Part shown: piece by piece, positions 37,958 through 48,020 of the stretch
Position numbering within the stretch: the stretch's first letter is position 1
Layout: each line of letters opens with the position of its first letter
From: a bacterium
GTDB lineage: Bacteria; SAR324; NAC60-12
Reading direction: 5' to 3'
NCBI GenBank assembly: GCA_965233585.1
Contig: CBDDTI010000747.1
Span: forward strand, 928,001-992,000
Length of the DNA stretch: 64,000 bases
The notes under the pieces: generated by a model
What the model saw: the letters and a program-made list of their open reading frames with translations, nothing else
Databases searched by the model: none
What the model was told of the DNA's origin: nothing
Position numbers and translations under genes: made by a program

Positions 37958-40800
37958 AGCTAGGGAGCTTTGAGTCAAGGCATTTAGGTCCCAGAGACGA
38001 TGAAGTCCAGCAAATGCTTGATGTCGTTGGTGTAAAGTCTTTGGACGAATTGATGGAACAAACCATTCCTGCAAGCATCAGAAGAGTTCAAGATTTAAAG
38101 CTAGATGATGCCATCAGTGAACATGAGTTGATGACAGAAATGACTGCATTTGCCAAACAAAATCAGGTCTTCAAATCTTACATTGGTCAAGGATACCACC
38201 CTTGTATCATTCCACCAGTCATCAGACGAAACATTCTGGAAAATCCTGCATGGTACACTTCATACACCCCCTATCAAGCGGAAATTGCACAGGGTCGCCT
38301 AGAAGCGCTTTTAAACTTCCAGACGATGGTGCAAGACATGACAGGAATGGAGATTGCCAATGCTTCATTACTTGACGAAGGCACTGCAGCCGCAGAGGCG
38401 ATGTCCACTGCCTTTCGCATTAGAAACCGTTCATCACGTCAGGGACAAGCACGAGAGTTTTTAGTTTCAGACCAATGTTTTCCTCAAACACTTGCCATTT
38501 TAGAAAATTATGCACAAACACTGGGTTTTGAGCTTAAAATCTGTGAGATTTCCAACATGAAACCCACTGACCAAACCTTTGGTCTTTTGGTGCAACTTCC
38601 TGATGCAGAGGGGCTTGTGTCAGATTATTCTGAACTTTTTGAACAAGTGAAGGCAGTGAAAGGTTTGGTGATTGTTGCTGCAGACTTACTAAGTTTGGCA
38701 TTGATTAAGCCACCGGGCGAGATGGGGGCTGATATTGTCGTTGGAACAACGCAACGTTTTGGTGTCCCGATGGGATATGGTGGACCTCATGCCGCTTATT
38801 TTGCAACACACCAAAGCCATGCCAGAGACATACCCGGGCGAATCATTGGCGTTTCCAAAGACCGCTTAGGCAATTTAGCATACCGCATGGCACTCCAAAC
38901 ACGTGAACAACACATCAAACGTGAACGGGCAACCTCCAATGTCTGCACAGCCCAAGCATTGCTTGCCAACATTGCAGGTGCATACGCCGTTTATCATGGT
39001 GCAGAAGGGATTTTAAACATTGCCAAGACCATTCATCAAAAGGCAGCCAACCTTGCAAAATCTCTCACCTCCAAAAGTTATCGTCTCAAACATCAACATT
39101 ATTTTGACACGATTGTTGTGCAAACATCTTCCAAAGCAGAGACAGAAAAAATTGCACAAAAAGCGATTCAGGAACAAGTCAATTTTCATTATTTGACTGA
39201 TGATTTCATTGGTATTTCTCTCAATGAAACGACTAGCCACGCAGACCTAGAGACTCTTGCCAGCATCTTTGAAACCAACCTTGTTGCATGTTCTTCAGAA
39301 GAAGAAAGCACGATTCCAGAACCACTCAGACGTCATTCTACGTTTTTAACACATCAGGTGTTTCACAAGTATCATTCAGAAACGGAGATGATGCGTTACT
39401 TGAAACGATTGGAAAGCAAAGACCTGTCGCTAGTACATGCCATGATTCCTCTTGGATCCTGCACAATGAAGCTCAACTCTGCAGCGTCTATGACTGCTAT
39501 CACTTGGGAAGAGTTTGCCAACATGCACCCTTTTTGTCCCAAAGACCAAGCAGCAGGTTATCAACAAATTTTAGAAAGACTTGAGAAGGATTTGTCTGAA
39601 ATCACAGAATTTGAAGCCACAAGTTTACAGCCTAACTCTGGCGCTCAAGGAGAATTGACAGGACTTCGCATGATTCGGGCATATCATCACTCAAGGCAAG
39701 ACCAGCAACGCCATGCCATTTTGATTCCATCTTCTGCACATGGGACAAACCCTGCCAGTTGCACCGTTGCAGGCATGACGCCTGTGATGATTAGTTGTGA
39801 CATATACGGCAACATTGACCTTGAGGTTCTAAAACAAAAACTTGAAAAATATTCAGGGCAGGTGGCTGGGTTGATGATTACTTACCCCTCTACTCATGGA
39901 GTGTTTGAAGAATCAGTCACAGACGTTTGTGAGCTTGTGCATCAGGCAGGCGGGTTAGTTTACATGGACGGGGCAAACATGAATGCTCAAGTGGGTTTGA
40001 CTTCTCCCGCACGGATTGGTGCAGATGTCTGTCATTTAAATCTACACAAGACTTTTGGGATTCCACATGGTGGAGGTGGACCGGGTGTCGGTCCTGTTTG
40101 TTGTAATGAGAAACTTGCACCTTTCTTGCCTAATCACCCCCTTATCAAGGTACAAGAGCAAGACAATCCCCCTGCTTCCTCTGCACCTTGGGGAAGTGCT
40201 TTAGCGTGTTTGATTTCTTATGCTTATATCAGAATGTTAGGAAAGGAGGGGCTGATTCAGTCCACAAAATATGCCATTCTGGGTGCAAATTATCTCAAAA
40301 GACGGCTAGCGCCTTATTATCCGATTCTTTATTCAGGACACAATGGACGTGTTGCCCATGAGATGATTCTTGACACACGTGGATTTAAAAAAGCAGCGGG
40401 CATGACTGCTGAAGACATTGCAAAACGTTTGCTGGATTACGGATTTCATGCACCAACTCAGTCTTTTCCTGTGCCTGAAACTTTGATGATTGAGCCAACA
40501 GAAAGTGAATCTAAAGCTGAGCTTGACCGATTTTGCGAGGCGTTCATTTCCATTCGTCGGGAACTCTCTGAGGTAGAACGAGGTGTGATGGACAAAACTG
40601 ACAACCCCCTCAAAAATGCACCTCACACTTTGCAAGAAGTGTGTGCTAGTGAATGGAATCATCAGTATTCACGAGAAGTGGCAGCCTATCCTGTGGCGTC
40701 CCTTCACGCTCATAAGTTCTGGCCTTCTGTGTCAAAAATTGATGGTGCATACGGAGACCGACATTTGTACTGCTCCTGTCCTGACATAGACCATTCTTGA
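37954..40800 (+). CDS. gcvP: Glycine dehydrogenase (aminomethyl-transferring)
   Basis: YTPYQAEIAQGRLE, PLGSCTMK, HLNLHKTF, PHGGGGPG, EPTESE. Confidence 0.97.
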   Translation: MKLGSFESRHLGPRDDEVQQMLDVVGVKSLDELMEQTIPASIRRVQDLKLDDAISEHELMTEMTAFAKQNQVFKSYIGQGYHPCIIPPVIRRNILENPAWYTSYTPYQAEIAQGRLEALLNFQTMVQDMTGMEIANASLLDEGTAAAEAMSTAFRIRNRSSRQGQAREFLVSDQCFPQTLAILENYAQTLGFELKICEISNMKPTDQTFGLLVQLPDAEGLVSDYSELFEQVKAVKGLVIVAADLLSLALIKPPGEMGADIVVGTTQRFGVPMGYGGPHAAYFATHQSHARDIPGRIIGVSKDRLGNLAYRMALQTREQHIKRERATSNVCTAQALLANIAGAYAVYHGAEGILNIAKTIHQKAANLAKSLTSKSYRLKHQHYFDTIVVQTSSKAETEKIAQKAIQEQVNFHYLTDDFIGISLNETTSHADLETLASIFETNLVACSSEEESTIPEPLRRHSTFLTHQVFHKYHSETEMMRYLKRLESKDLSLVHAMIPLGSCTMKLNSAASMTAITWEEFANMHPFCPKDQAAGYQQILERLEKDLSEITEFEATSLQPNSGAQGELTGLRMIRAYHHSRQDQQRHAILIPSSAHGTNPASCTVAGMTPVMISCDIYGNIDLEVLKQKLEKYSGQVAGLMITYPSTHGVFEESVTDVCELVHQAGGLVYMDGANMNAQVGLTSPARIGADVCHLNLHKTFGIPHGGGGPGVGPVCCNEKLAPFLPNHPLIKVQEQDNPPASSAPWGSALACLISYAYIRMLGKEGLIQSTKYAILGANYLKRRLAPYYPILYSGHNGRVAHEMILDTRGFKKAAGMTAEDIAKRLLDYGFHAPTQSFPVPETLMIEPTESESKAELDRFCEAFISIRRELSEVERGVMDKTDNPLKNAPHTLQEVCASEWNHQYSREVAAYPVASLHAHKFWPSVSKIDGAYGDRHLYCSCPDIDHS

Positions 40801-41771
40801 CGCTCATCACTTCTGACCAGCACACTGAGCTACAATTTCAATACATGTCAGTCAATGGTAACGAGGAGACGTTGTTGCAATTCCTTGTCAGACGTTTCCG
40901 TTACCATGATGACAGAGTTTGGCAAGACCATATCTCACACGAAAGGCTTTGGGTGAATGGTCAGTTGGGACACGCACATCAAATTCTGAAAAATGGTCAA
41001 AAAGTCACGTATCTTCGTCCTGATTATCTTGAACCTGATGTAGATAGAAGGTTTGAGGTTGTGTATGAAGATGATGTCTTGGTTGCTGTCAACAAGTCTG
41101 GAAACCTACCTACTAGCCCCTCTGGAAAGTATTTTAAAAATACACTGGCACAGATTCTTGCAAAAGAAATGAATTGGGATAAGGTTTATACACTTCATAG
41201 ATTAGACCGTGAAACCAGCGGACTCCTACTTTTTGCAAAGAACAAAGAAGTTGCTCAGCTCATGGCAGAGAAAATACGAAAAAGGGAGTTGGAGAAAGAA
41301 TACATTGCCATCGTTCATGCTCAAAAACCTCTTGAAGACTCCTTTTTTGTTTCCGTTCCAATTGGACGTTCAAAAAATAGCGACATTAGAATCAAGCAAG
41401 CTGTCATTCCAGATGGCAAACCTAGTCAGACATTTTTTGAGAAGGTGGCACAAACGGTAAACTATGCTCAACTGAAAGTGAAGCCCTTGACGGGCAGGAC
41501 GCATCAAATCCGAGTCCACTGTGCCTATTTGAATTTGCCGATTTTGGGAGACAAACTTTATAGCCTGCCTGAAAAAGATTTTATCTGCTGGATCAACCAA
41601 GGAGATGATTACCTCATGCAAAAGCAGATTCCGCACTGTCGGCAAATGCTTCATGCCTCACAACTGACTTTCCAACACCCCATCACTCAAAAAAAACTTA
41701 CGCTTCATGCTTCGGTTGAGGTTTGGGAAGATTTTGTCAATTTTGTGTCAATTCACATGGGGACTTGTTAG
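40797..41771 (+). CDS. RluA-family pseudouridine synthase
   Basis: HRLDRETSG, TGRTHQIRVH, LHA. Confidence 0.92.
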   Translation: MTLITSDQHTELQFQYMSVNGNEETLLQFLVRRFRYHDDRVWQDHISHERLWVNGQLGHAHQILKNGQKVTYLRPDYLEPDVDRRFEVVYEDDVLVAVNKSGNLPTSPSGKYFKNTLAQILAKEMNWDKVYTLHRLDRETSGLLLFAKNKEVAQLMAEKIRKRELEKEYIAIVHAQKPLEDSFFVSVPIGRSKNSDIRIKQAVIPDGKPSQTFFEKVAQTVNYAQLKVKPLTGRTHQIRVHCAYLNLPILGDKLYSLPEKDFICWINQGDDYLMQKQIPHCRQMLHASQLTFQHPITQKKLTLHASVEVWEDFVNFVSIHMGTC

Positions 41772-42688
41772 TTTGCAATTCCTTTCTTCTTATGAACGTC
41801 AGACTCTTGCAACAATTTAAGATAGCTGTTGTAACGTTGCTGTGAGATTTGGTTTGCATGGACGGCATCTTTGATTGCACATTGGGGTTCATGCTGATGA
41901 AAACAAGGGCTAAAGCGACATTGACTTTGGAAGGGTTGAAACTCTACAAACCCTTTTTGTGCCAGTTCTTGAGGTGTCAGGGTCAATGACCATTCTCTGA
42001 TTCCCGGTGTGTCAGCAAGGTGTCCCCCTTGGGGCAATGGATAAAGTTCTGCAAGTGTTGTCGTATGCCTGCCTTTGCCTGTCATGGCACTCACTTGTCC
42101 CATGATGATTTGTTCTTCAGGAAATAACATTTGAATTAATGAAGATTTGCCAACTCCAGAATGTCCTGTCATCACAGAAATTTTGCCTTGAAGTAATCGT
42201 CTGACAGACTCAATTCCTACATTGTTTTGGACACTGGTTTGAAGTACTGAATAACCCAAAGCCGTGTATTGTTCGCAAATATAAGCAGAAATCGGTGTCG
42301 GCTCAAGGTCAATTTTGTTTAAGACAATGACAGCATGAATGCCAATGGATTCTGCAGCCGCGATGAAACGGTCAATCAACCCAAGACGTGGCAACGGTTG
42401 TTGTTGTGAGACTACAATGAATAGCAAATCTATGTTCACCACCAAAATCTGTCGTTTTTTGTTTTGATGAATCAAACGTGCAAGTTCATTTTGACGTGGT
42501 AAGACATCGTAAATCCAGTTTTCTTTCTGGGACTCCACTAAATCAATCATCACTCTGTCCCCAACGGCAAGGCTGGTCTGTTGCTTGATGAGTGTGTTTT
42601 TGACACGGCAAAGATAGACTTGACGATTCACTTCTACGTCATAAAATCCCTTGACTTTTTTGACGACAAAACCCTCTTTTTTCATCAA
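41768..42688 (-). CDS. rsgA: Ribosome small subunit-dependent GTPase A
   Basis: NKID, GHSGVGKSS, GRHTTT, DTPG, CRF..C.H..EP.C zinc finger. Confidence 0.95.
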   Translation of the reverse strand: MMKKEGFVVKKVKGFYDVEVNRQVYLCRVKNTLIKQQTSLAVGDRVMIDLVESQKENWIYDVLPRQNELARLIHQNKKRQILVVNIDLLFIVVSQQQPLPRLGLIDRFIAAAESIGIHAVIVLNKIDLEPTPISAYICEQYTALGYSVLQTSVQNNVGIESVRRLLQGKISVMTGHSGVGKSSLIQMLFPEEQIIMGQVSAMTGKGRHTTTLAELYPLPQGGHLADTPGIREWSLTLTPQELAQKGFVEFQPFQSQCRFSPCFHQHEPQCAIKDAVHANQISQQRYNSYLKLLQESDVHKKKGIAN

Positions 42689-42689
42689 T

Positions 42690-44927
42690 TCAATGACCCT
42701 CTTTTTCTTCTAAATGACTTTCAATTTGTTCAACAATAGACTCCAAACGTTTGTCCCATGTGTTGAGCTTGGCTAGAGCAATTCCATTTTGAACCTTTTG
42801 CTTGACTTCTTCATCACACTTGACAGCTTGTTGCAAGGCTTCTACGAACTCTTGTGGTGTTTTTGCGATGAAGGAAACATCACTATAATCTTCTAGGGCA
42901 GGTAATGCTGTGGTCACCACAGGCACTCCAGCGGCAAGGTATTCAAAGAATTTAAGAGGAAACATGTTTGTTGTGTAATCATTGAGAGGACAAGGCAGGA
43001 CGGCGACCTGAAATTCTTTGAGGTAAGCAGGGAGTTCCTCATAAGGCTTGACCCCAAGTAAGTGAACATTCAAGGCTTGATGCAAACCTTTGATTGACGC
43101 ATGAGGTTCTCCTTCTCCTACCATGCCCAACAGAACGATGCTCCATTCAGGATGCTTCTGTGCAACTTCTTGCACCAATGAAAAATCTACTTTGTAAGGA
43201 CTCAAGGCACCAATGAATCCAATTCTAGGGGCAGGAATGTTTTGTAAGTCGCTTGGCACTGGCAAGTCTGTTGTAGCAGTATGGAAGTGTTCAAAATCAC
43301 AAGGATTTGGTAGATAAATTGTTTGACGATTCCATTGCAGACGACTTTGCAGAAGTGTCTTTGTTGTCACTACAACAAGGTCTGAAGAACGACAAAAAGC
43401 AGGCTCTGCTTCTTGTAACACTTCAACGGGCATATTGGGTGACGCTTTTAGGTCATCAACGCAATGATACATCTGGAGCTTGGGTTTGAGTTCGTTAGCA
43501 AGTGTTTCAACTAAAGGGTTATACGACCAGAACACAATGTCATGAAAAGAGAGCTTTTGGCAAAAGTGCTGAATGAATCGGGTCAATATCCATTGGTTTA
43601 AAACTCTAATACATTGAAATTTATGCAAAGGAATAATTAAAGGAGACCAGACATACAGCCCCGGATAAACGGTACGTGTTCCCCAAAGGGAGAGTAGTAA
43701 CCTCTTGAAAATCCTTGATAAATCACGTTTAGAAGTCGTCATTTGTCGCAATCCTAGAGATTCCACATACAGCACTCGTCTGCCATTTTTAGCAAGACGG
43801 CAAGCAAGGTGTTGTTTATTTGTCCAAAAAGGGTAGTCCCAATCAGCAGTTGAAATCATCACAATATCATACGAGTGAGGACGTTGAGTCACTCCTACTT
43901 TTTTTAACCACTGTTCTTTGCAAAATTGGGGTGCTTTGCCATATTTGAAACGTCCTAAAATCCTATAAGTCAGCATGACCCAAGGCACCAAAGGTAAGAG
44001 AGGGAGTAGCAGCAAAAAGTCTTTGAGCATTTTGACACTTTTGAAACTGCGATAGGTGAAAGTGAAGGCAACGAACAGACACATCGTGCCTAAAAAAAGA
44101 GAGGCTGGGAGAACGAAAAGAGACGAAACCAGAGCAATAAAAAATGTGATTTGAGAGCATAGAAACACAAAACAAAGTCGTTGTTTCAGATGAGGAATGG
44201 AAAAATAAAACAGGCGGTGACAATCTAAATCATAGCGATAGCGATACGGGAAACGCCTTTTGAGCAAGGCATCATAATAATAACGTTTGGCAAGTTTGAG
44301 AGGTTTCCAATAGCTTGGAGCAAGAGGTGGGTGATAGACTAAGAGTTCAGGGGAAAAATGAATCGTATAGCCAGATTCCAAAATAGAAAATGCCAAATCT
44401 GAATCTTCACGGAAGGCTGCTCTGTAATCTGTGTTAAAGAGGCAAAACTCTTTACGAAGAATCAAATTACATGTAGGGTAGCGACCTCCGTTTAAATTTT
44501 CTGTCTGATGTGTAAAAGGTGTCCAATTCTCTCTTTCACTGACCTTTGTCCGACCTTCAAACCCTACAACACTTGGAAATTGATTGATTAATTCTGCCGC
44601 TTTTTGCAGCCAATTTGGGCAGGCGATGACGTCTGCATCTAAAAGTGCAATCCAGTCATATTTGGCATGAGATGCTCCTGTGTTTCTGGCTGCTGCAGGT
44701 CCTGAATTTGCAATACTCACAAAAGAAAAATCTATCCTCGTTGACTTTTGAAAGTCTGCAAGCATGGCTTTTGTCTCGTCTGTTGAGCCATCATCAACTA
44801 CAATCACCTCAAATTGAGACACAGCAAAGGTTTGTTTTTCCAACGAATCTAGGCAACGTTTTAACAAGTCTTTGCTGTTATAAGTTGGAATGATGACAGA
44901 CAGATCATTTTTTTGTTCGGTTTTCAT
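42690..44927 (-). CDS. Fused glycosyltransferase: N-terminal GT2, TM segment, C-terminal GT-B domain
   Basis: IIPTYN...VVDDGSTD...GPAAARN...LDAD; hydrophobic helices; W...WTNKQH and FPLKFFEYLAAGVPVV. Confidence 0.85.
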   Translation of the reverse strand: MKTEQKNDLSVIIPTYNSKDLLKRCLDSLEKQTFAVSQFEVIVVDDGSTDETKAMLADFQKSTRIDFSFVSIANSGPAAARNTGASHAKYDWIALLDADVIACPNWLQKAAELINQFPSVVGFEGRTKVSERENWTPFTHQTENLNGGRYPTCNLILRKEFCLFNTDYRAAFREDSDLAFSILESGYTIHFSPELLVYHPPLAPSYWKPLKLAKRYYYDALLKRRFPYRYRYDLDCHRLFYFSIPHLKQRLCFVFLCSQITFFIALVSSLFVLPASLFLGTMCLFVAFTFTYRSFKSVKMLKDFLLLLPLLPLVPWVMLTYRILGRFKYGKAPQFCKEQWLKKVGVTQRPHSYDIVMISTADWDYPFWTNKQHLACRLAKNGRRVLYVESLGLRQMTTSKRDLSRIFKRLLLSLWGTRTVYPGLYVWSPLIIPLHKFQCIRVLNQWILTRFIQHFCQKLSFHDIVFWSYNPLVETLANELKPKLQMYHCVDDLKASPNMPVEVLQEAEPAFCRSSDLVVVTTKTLLQSRLQWNRQTIYLPNPCDFEHFHTATTDLPVPSDLQNIPAPRIGFIGALSPYKVDFSLVQEVAQKHPEWSIVLLGMVGEGEPHASIKGLHQALNVHLLGVKPYEELPAYLKEFQVAVLPCPLNDYTTNMFPLKFFEYLAAGVPVVTTALPALEDYSDVSFIAKTPQEFVEALQQAVKCDEEVKQKVQNGIALAKLNTWDKRLESIVEQIESHLEEKEGH

Positions 44928-45007
44928 AAAAGTTCAATCAGTAAAGTTCAATTAGTGATGTTGTGTCATTTAGGTTTCAGACAACGTTCAATCATTTTCA
45001 GAAGTCC

Positions 45008-46246
45008 ATGAGTTTCATCAAAAAATTACGTGAATCCCTCCCCTATTTAGAACAATTTGACAATCAAGTTTTTGTCATAAAAATCAGTGGAAAACAGGCA
45101 ACCAGTCCACACTCATGTTTAGAAGATTTACTGCTACTTAAACGCATTGGCATTCGCATTGTGTTAGTGCATGGCATTCATTCTACACTCCAAGACTACT
45201 TCCAAAGCATTAACTATGAAGTGGACTATGCAGAACATTGCATGCTCATTTCTAACATTTATTCTGAAGCCGTACAGCAACTGGTTGCGGTGCTGAATTG
45301 GAAGTTTCTCACGCAAATCGGCAGTTATCAAAGTCAAGTTTCTGCATATTCAGGGCATTTTGTCACAGCCAAGCCGTTATCTAAAGGGAATGATTGCAGC
45401 GGAAGAATTGACCAAATCACTTTCAACATTCACGACTTCAAAGGGTTGCCTGTCTTTTCGCCTTGTGGCATTGGTCCCAAAGGACGTTTTTTTATACTCA
45501 ATGCCAATGAATTAGCTCTCCAATTAGCCTGTCAACTCCGTGCCAAAAAGCTCATCATCATCACAGAAGAAGATGAACTTTTACATGTCATGCCTTCTCA
45601 AGAAACCCAAACTTCTCATCTTCAACGGAAAATTGACTCCAGCACACTTTCTCATTCATCAAAGAATCAGATGCAAACGTTGCTTCAAGCTAGTGAGAAA
45701 GGAGTAGAACGTTGCCATCTGCTTCATTCTTCACAAAACGGGGGAATCTTGCAAGAGGTTCTGACGTCTACTGGTGTTGGTATGATGGTGACAAATAGTG
45801 TCTATCGTCATATCCGCCCTGCTCAACTCAAAGATGTGAGGTACATTGAAGAGCTTCTTGAAAAACCAACTCAAGAAGGTTCAATCGTCAACAAAGGGCA
45901 AGCATACGTTGCCAAGCATATTCATCAATTCTTGGTGTTTTGTATTGACAGCGAGATGATTGGGTGCTGTGAAATTGTGCCTTTTGAAGAGGAAAATTGT
46001 GCTGAACTGGCTTCTTTGTCTGTCAGGCATCATTATCGGAATCAAGGAGTGGGACATTCACTGATTCAAGAAGGTTTGAGAAAGGGACGTGCTGGTCAGA
46101 TGAAGATGCTTTTTGCTTTGACACAAGGTGCTTCTGGTCTCTTTCTTAAAAATCATTTTCAACAAATCAGTAGTCGGCAATTACCAAAAGCCAAGCAACA
46201 AAATTATGATTCTGAATCTTCACAAATTTATGCGTATTTTTTCTAA
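45008..46246 (+). CDS. argA: Amino-acid N-acetyltransferase (N-acetylglutamate synthase)
   Basis: RESLPY...FVIK, IVLVHG, GVERCHL, EVLT..GVG, C-terminal GNAT (YRNQGVG); start set at MSFIKKLR. Confidence 0.8.
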   Translation: MSFIKKLRESLPYLEQFDNQVFVIKISGKQATSPHSCLEDLLLLKRIGIRIVLVHGIHSTLQDYFQSINYEVDYAEHCMLISNIYSEAVQQLVAVLNWKFLTQIGSYQSQVSAYSGHFVTAKPLSKGNDCSGRIDQITFNIHDFKGLPVFSPCGIGPKGRFFILNANELALQLACQLRAKKLIIITEEDELLHVMPSQETQTSHLQRKIDSSTLSHSSKNQMQTLLQASEKGVERCHLLHSSQNGGILQEVLTSTGVGMMVTNSVYRHIRPAQLKDVRYIEELLEKPTQEGSIVNKGQAYVAKHIHQFLVFCIDSEMIGCCEIVPFEEENCAELASLSVRHHYRNQGVGHSLIQEGLRKGRAGQMKMLFALTQGASGLFLKNHFQQISSRQLPKAKQQNYDSESSQIYAYFF

Positions 46247-47541
46247 TCTTTTTGTGTTGCGAGGGCTTTCAAAGAGTGTTGAATCGCTTTTTTTGTGTGT
46301 TCAAGGTCTTCGTCAGTATGACTATTTGACATAAAACATGCCTCAAATGGAGAAGGGGGTAAATAGACGTGCTGTTTCAGCATTTCTTTAAAAAATGTTT
46401 GAAACAAGGCAATATGAGTTTGGGGAATGTCTTGATAGCACTGCACAGCAGTTTCAGAAAAGAAAAACCCGAACATGCCACCTGCAAAATGAGTTTGTAT
46501 TGGAATCTCGTGACGATTTGCCTCTGTTTGTAAGGTTTCTATAAGTTGTTGGCTCTTCATGTTAAGTTCTGCATGAAAGTCAACATTGTTGATGAGTTCT
46601 AACGTTTTGAAGCCTGCCGCAACCGCAATGGGATTGCCTGAAAGCGTTCCCGCCTGATAAACAGAACCCAGAGGTGCAAGATGACTCATAATGTCTTTTC
46701 TTCCACCATACGCACCGACAGGCAAGCCTCCACCAATCACTTTACCAAACATGGTTAAATCAGGTTGCACGTGGAAAAGCTCTTGCGCCCCACCACGAGC
46801 CACACGAAAGCCTGTCATCACTTCATCAAAAATCAACAAGGCTCCTTCTCTGTCACACAACGCACGAAGTCCGTTTAAAAACCCTGCAACAGGCGGAATC
46901 ATACCCATATTGCCCGCAATCGGCTCAACGATTACTGCCGCAATCTGATTGCTAAACTCATCAAACAAATCAGAAACGGCATCAAGATTGTTAAAAGGAG
47001 CCATTAATGTTGTTTGTGCTATGCTTTCAGGCACGCCCGCTGAGTCTGGAGTCCCTAAAGTTGCCGCACCAGAGCCTGCCTTGATTAGCAAATAATCTGC
47101 CCCCCCATGATAGCAACCTTCAAATTTGACGACCTTGTCACGCCCTGTGTAGCCTCTTGCCACACGGATTGCTCCCAATGCCGCTTCTGTCCCCGAATTG
47201 ACAAACCTTAACATTTCCACAGAAGGCATCATTTCACAAATCAACTCTGCGATTTCTACTTCTGCTTGGGTTGGCGCACCAAAGGAAAGTCCTTGCTCTA
47301 CTTTTGACTTGACTGCATCTAACACACGTTTATCGCTGTGTCCTAGAATCATTGGACCCCATGAGCCAACATAATCAATCCACTCATTGTCATCTACATC
47401 ATAAATTTTTGACCCTTTGGCATGATGGATAAAAATTGGGTTCATGCCAACAGATTTAAAAGAACGTACAGGACTATTGACGCCACCGGGAATCACTGTT
47501 TGTGCGCGGGTAAACAACCTTTGAGATGTTTGAAATTGCAT
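46243..47541 (-). CDS. hemL: Glutamate-1-semialdehyde 2,1-aminomutase
   Basis: PGGVNSPVR, SWGPMILGH, NSGTEA, FDEVMTGFR, GKVIGGGLP, QAGTLSGNP. Confidence 0.97.
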   Translation of the reverse strand: MQFQTSQRLFTRAQTVIPGGVNSPVRSFKSVGMNPIFIHHAKGSKIYDVDDNEWIDYVGSWGPMILGHSDKRVLDAVKSKVEQGLSFGAPTQAEVEIAELICEMMPSVEMLRFVNSGTEAALGAIRVARGYTGRDKVVKFEGCYHGGADYLLIKAGSGAATLGTPDSAGVPESIAQTTLMAPFNNLDAVSDLFDEFSNQIAAVIVEPIAGNMGMIPPVAGFLNGLRALCDREGALLIFDEVMTGFRVARGGAQELFHVQPDLTMFGKVIGGGLPVGAYGGRKDIMSHLAPLGSVYQAGTLSGNPIAVAAGFKTLELINNVDFHAELNMKSQQLIETLQTEANRHEIPIQTHFAGGMFGFFFSETAVQCYQDIPQTHIALFQTFFKEMLKQHVYLPPSPFEACFMSNSHTDEDLEHTKKAIQHSLKALATQKD

Positions 47542-47559
47542 TTTTGAATGTTTTTGAGG

Positions 47560-47997
47560 TTAGTAAAATTTAAGCCAAAATGCTCCTGACCCCCCAAGAT
47601 GACGAGGAGCATCTGTAAAATTAATGTGACGATGTTCAAGCCAATGTCTAACTTGTCTCCTAATCACGCCTTCTCCCGTAGGAGAGTGCGACCCCTTCCC
47701 AGTGATGATGAGTGCAAATTGAATTTGATCCAGATAGCAGGATTGGACAAATCGTTCCACCTGAGCTAAAGCCTCATGTACATACAACCCATGCAAATCA
47801 ATTCGTCTTTGAGGATAGGTTTTTTTGGAAGTCGGTTTTTGAGATTTATGTGCCTTGCTGGAAGTCAGTTTTTGAGGGTTGAGAGGTTCAGTATAGATGC
47901 TGTCTTTTTGCAGTTGATGGTCAGGAATCCGATTGAAGACGTCTTCCATGTCTTCATCACTGATTTCCTCTTCGCTGATTTCATCAAACTTGAACAT
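47560..47997 (-). CDS. Smr/MutS2 domain protein
   Basis: IDLHGL...IITGKG.HS...GGSGA. Confidence 0.9.
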   Translation of the reverse strand: MFKFDEISEEEISDEDMEDVFNRIPDHQLQKDSIYTEPLNPQKLTSSKAHKSQKPTSKKTYPQRRIDLHGLYVHEALAQVERFVQSCYLDQIQFALIITGKGSHSPTGEGVIRRQVRHWLEHRHINFTDAPRHLGGSGAFWLKFY

Positions 47998-48020
47998 CTT
48001 GAAATGCTATCTTTTGAGTT

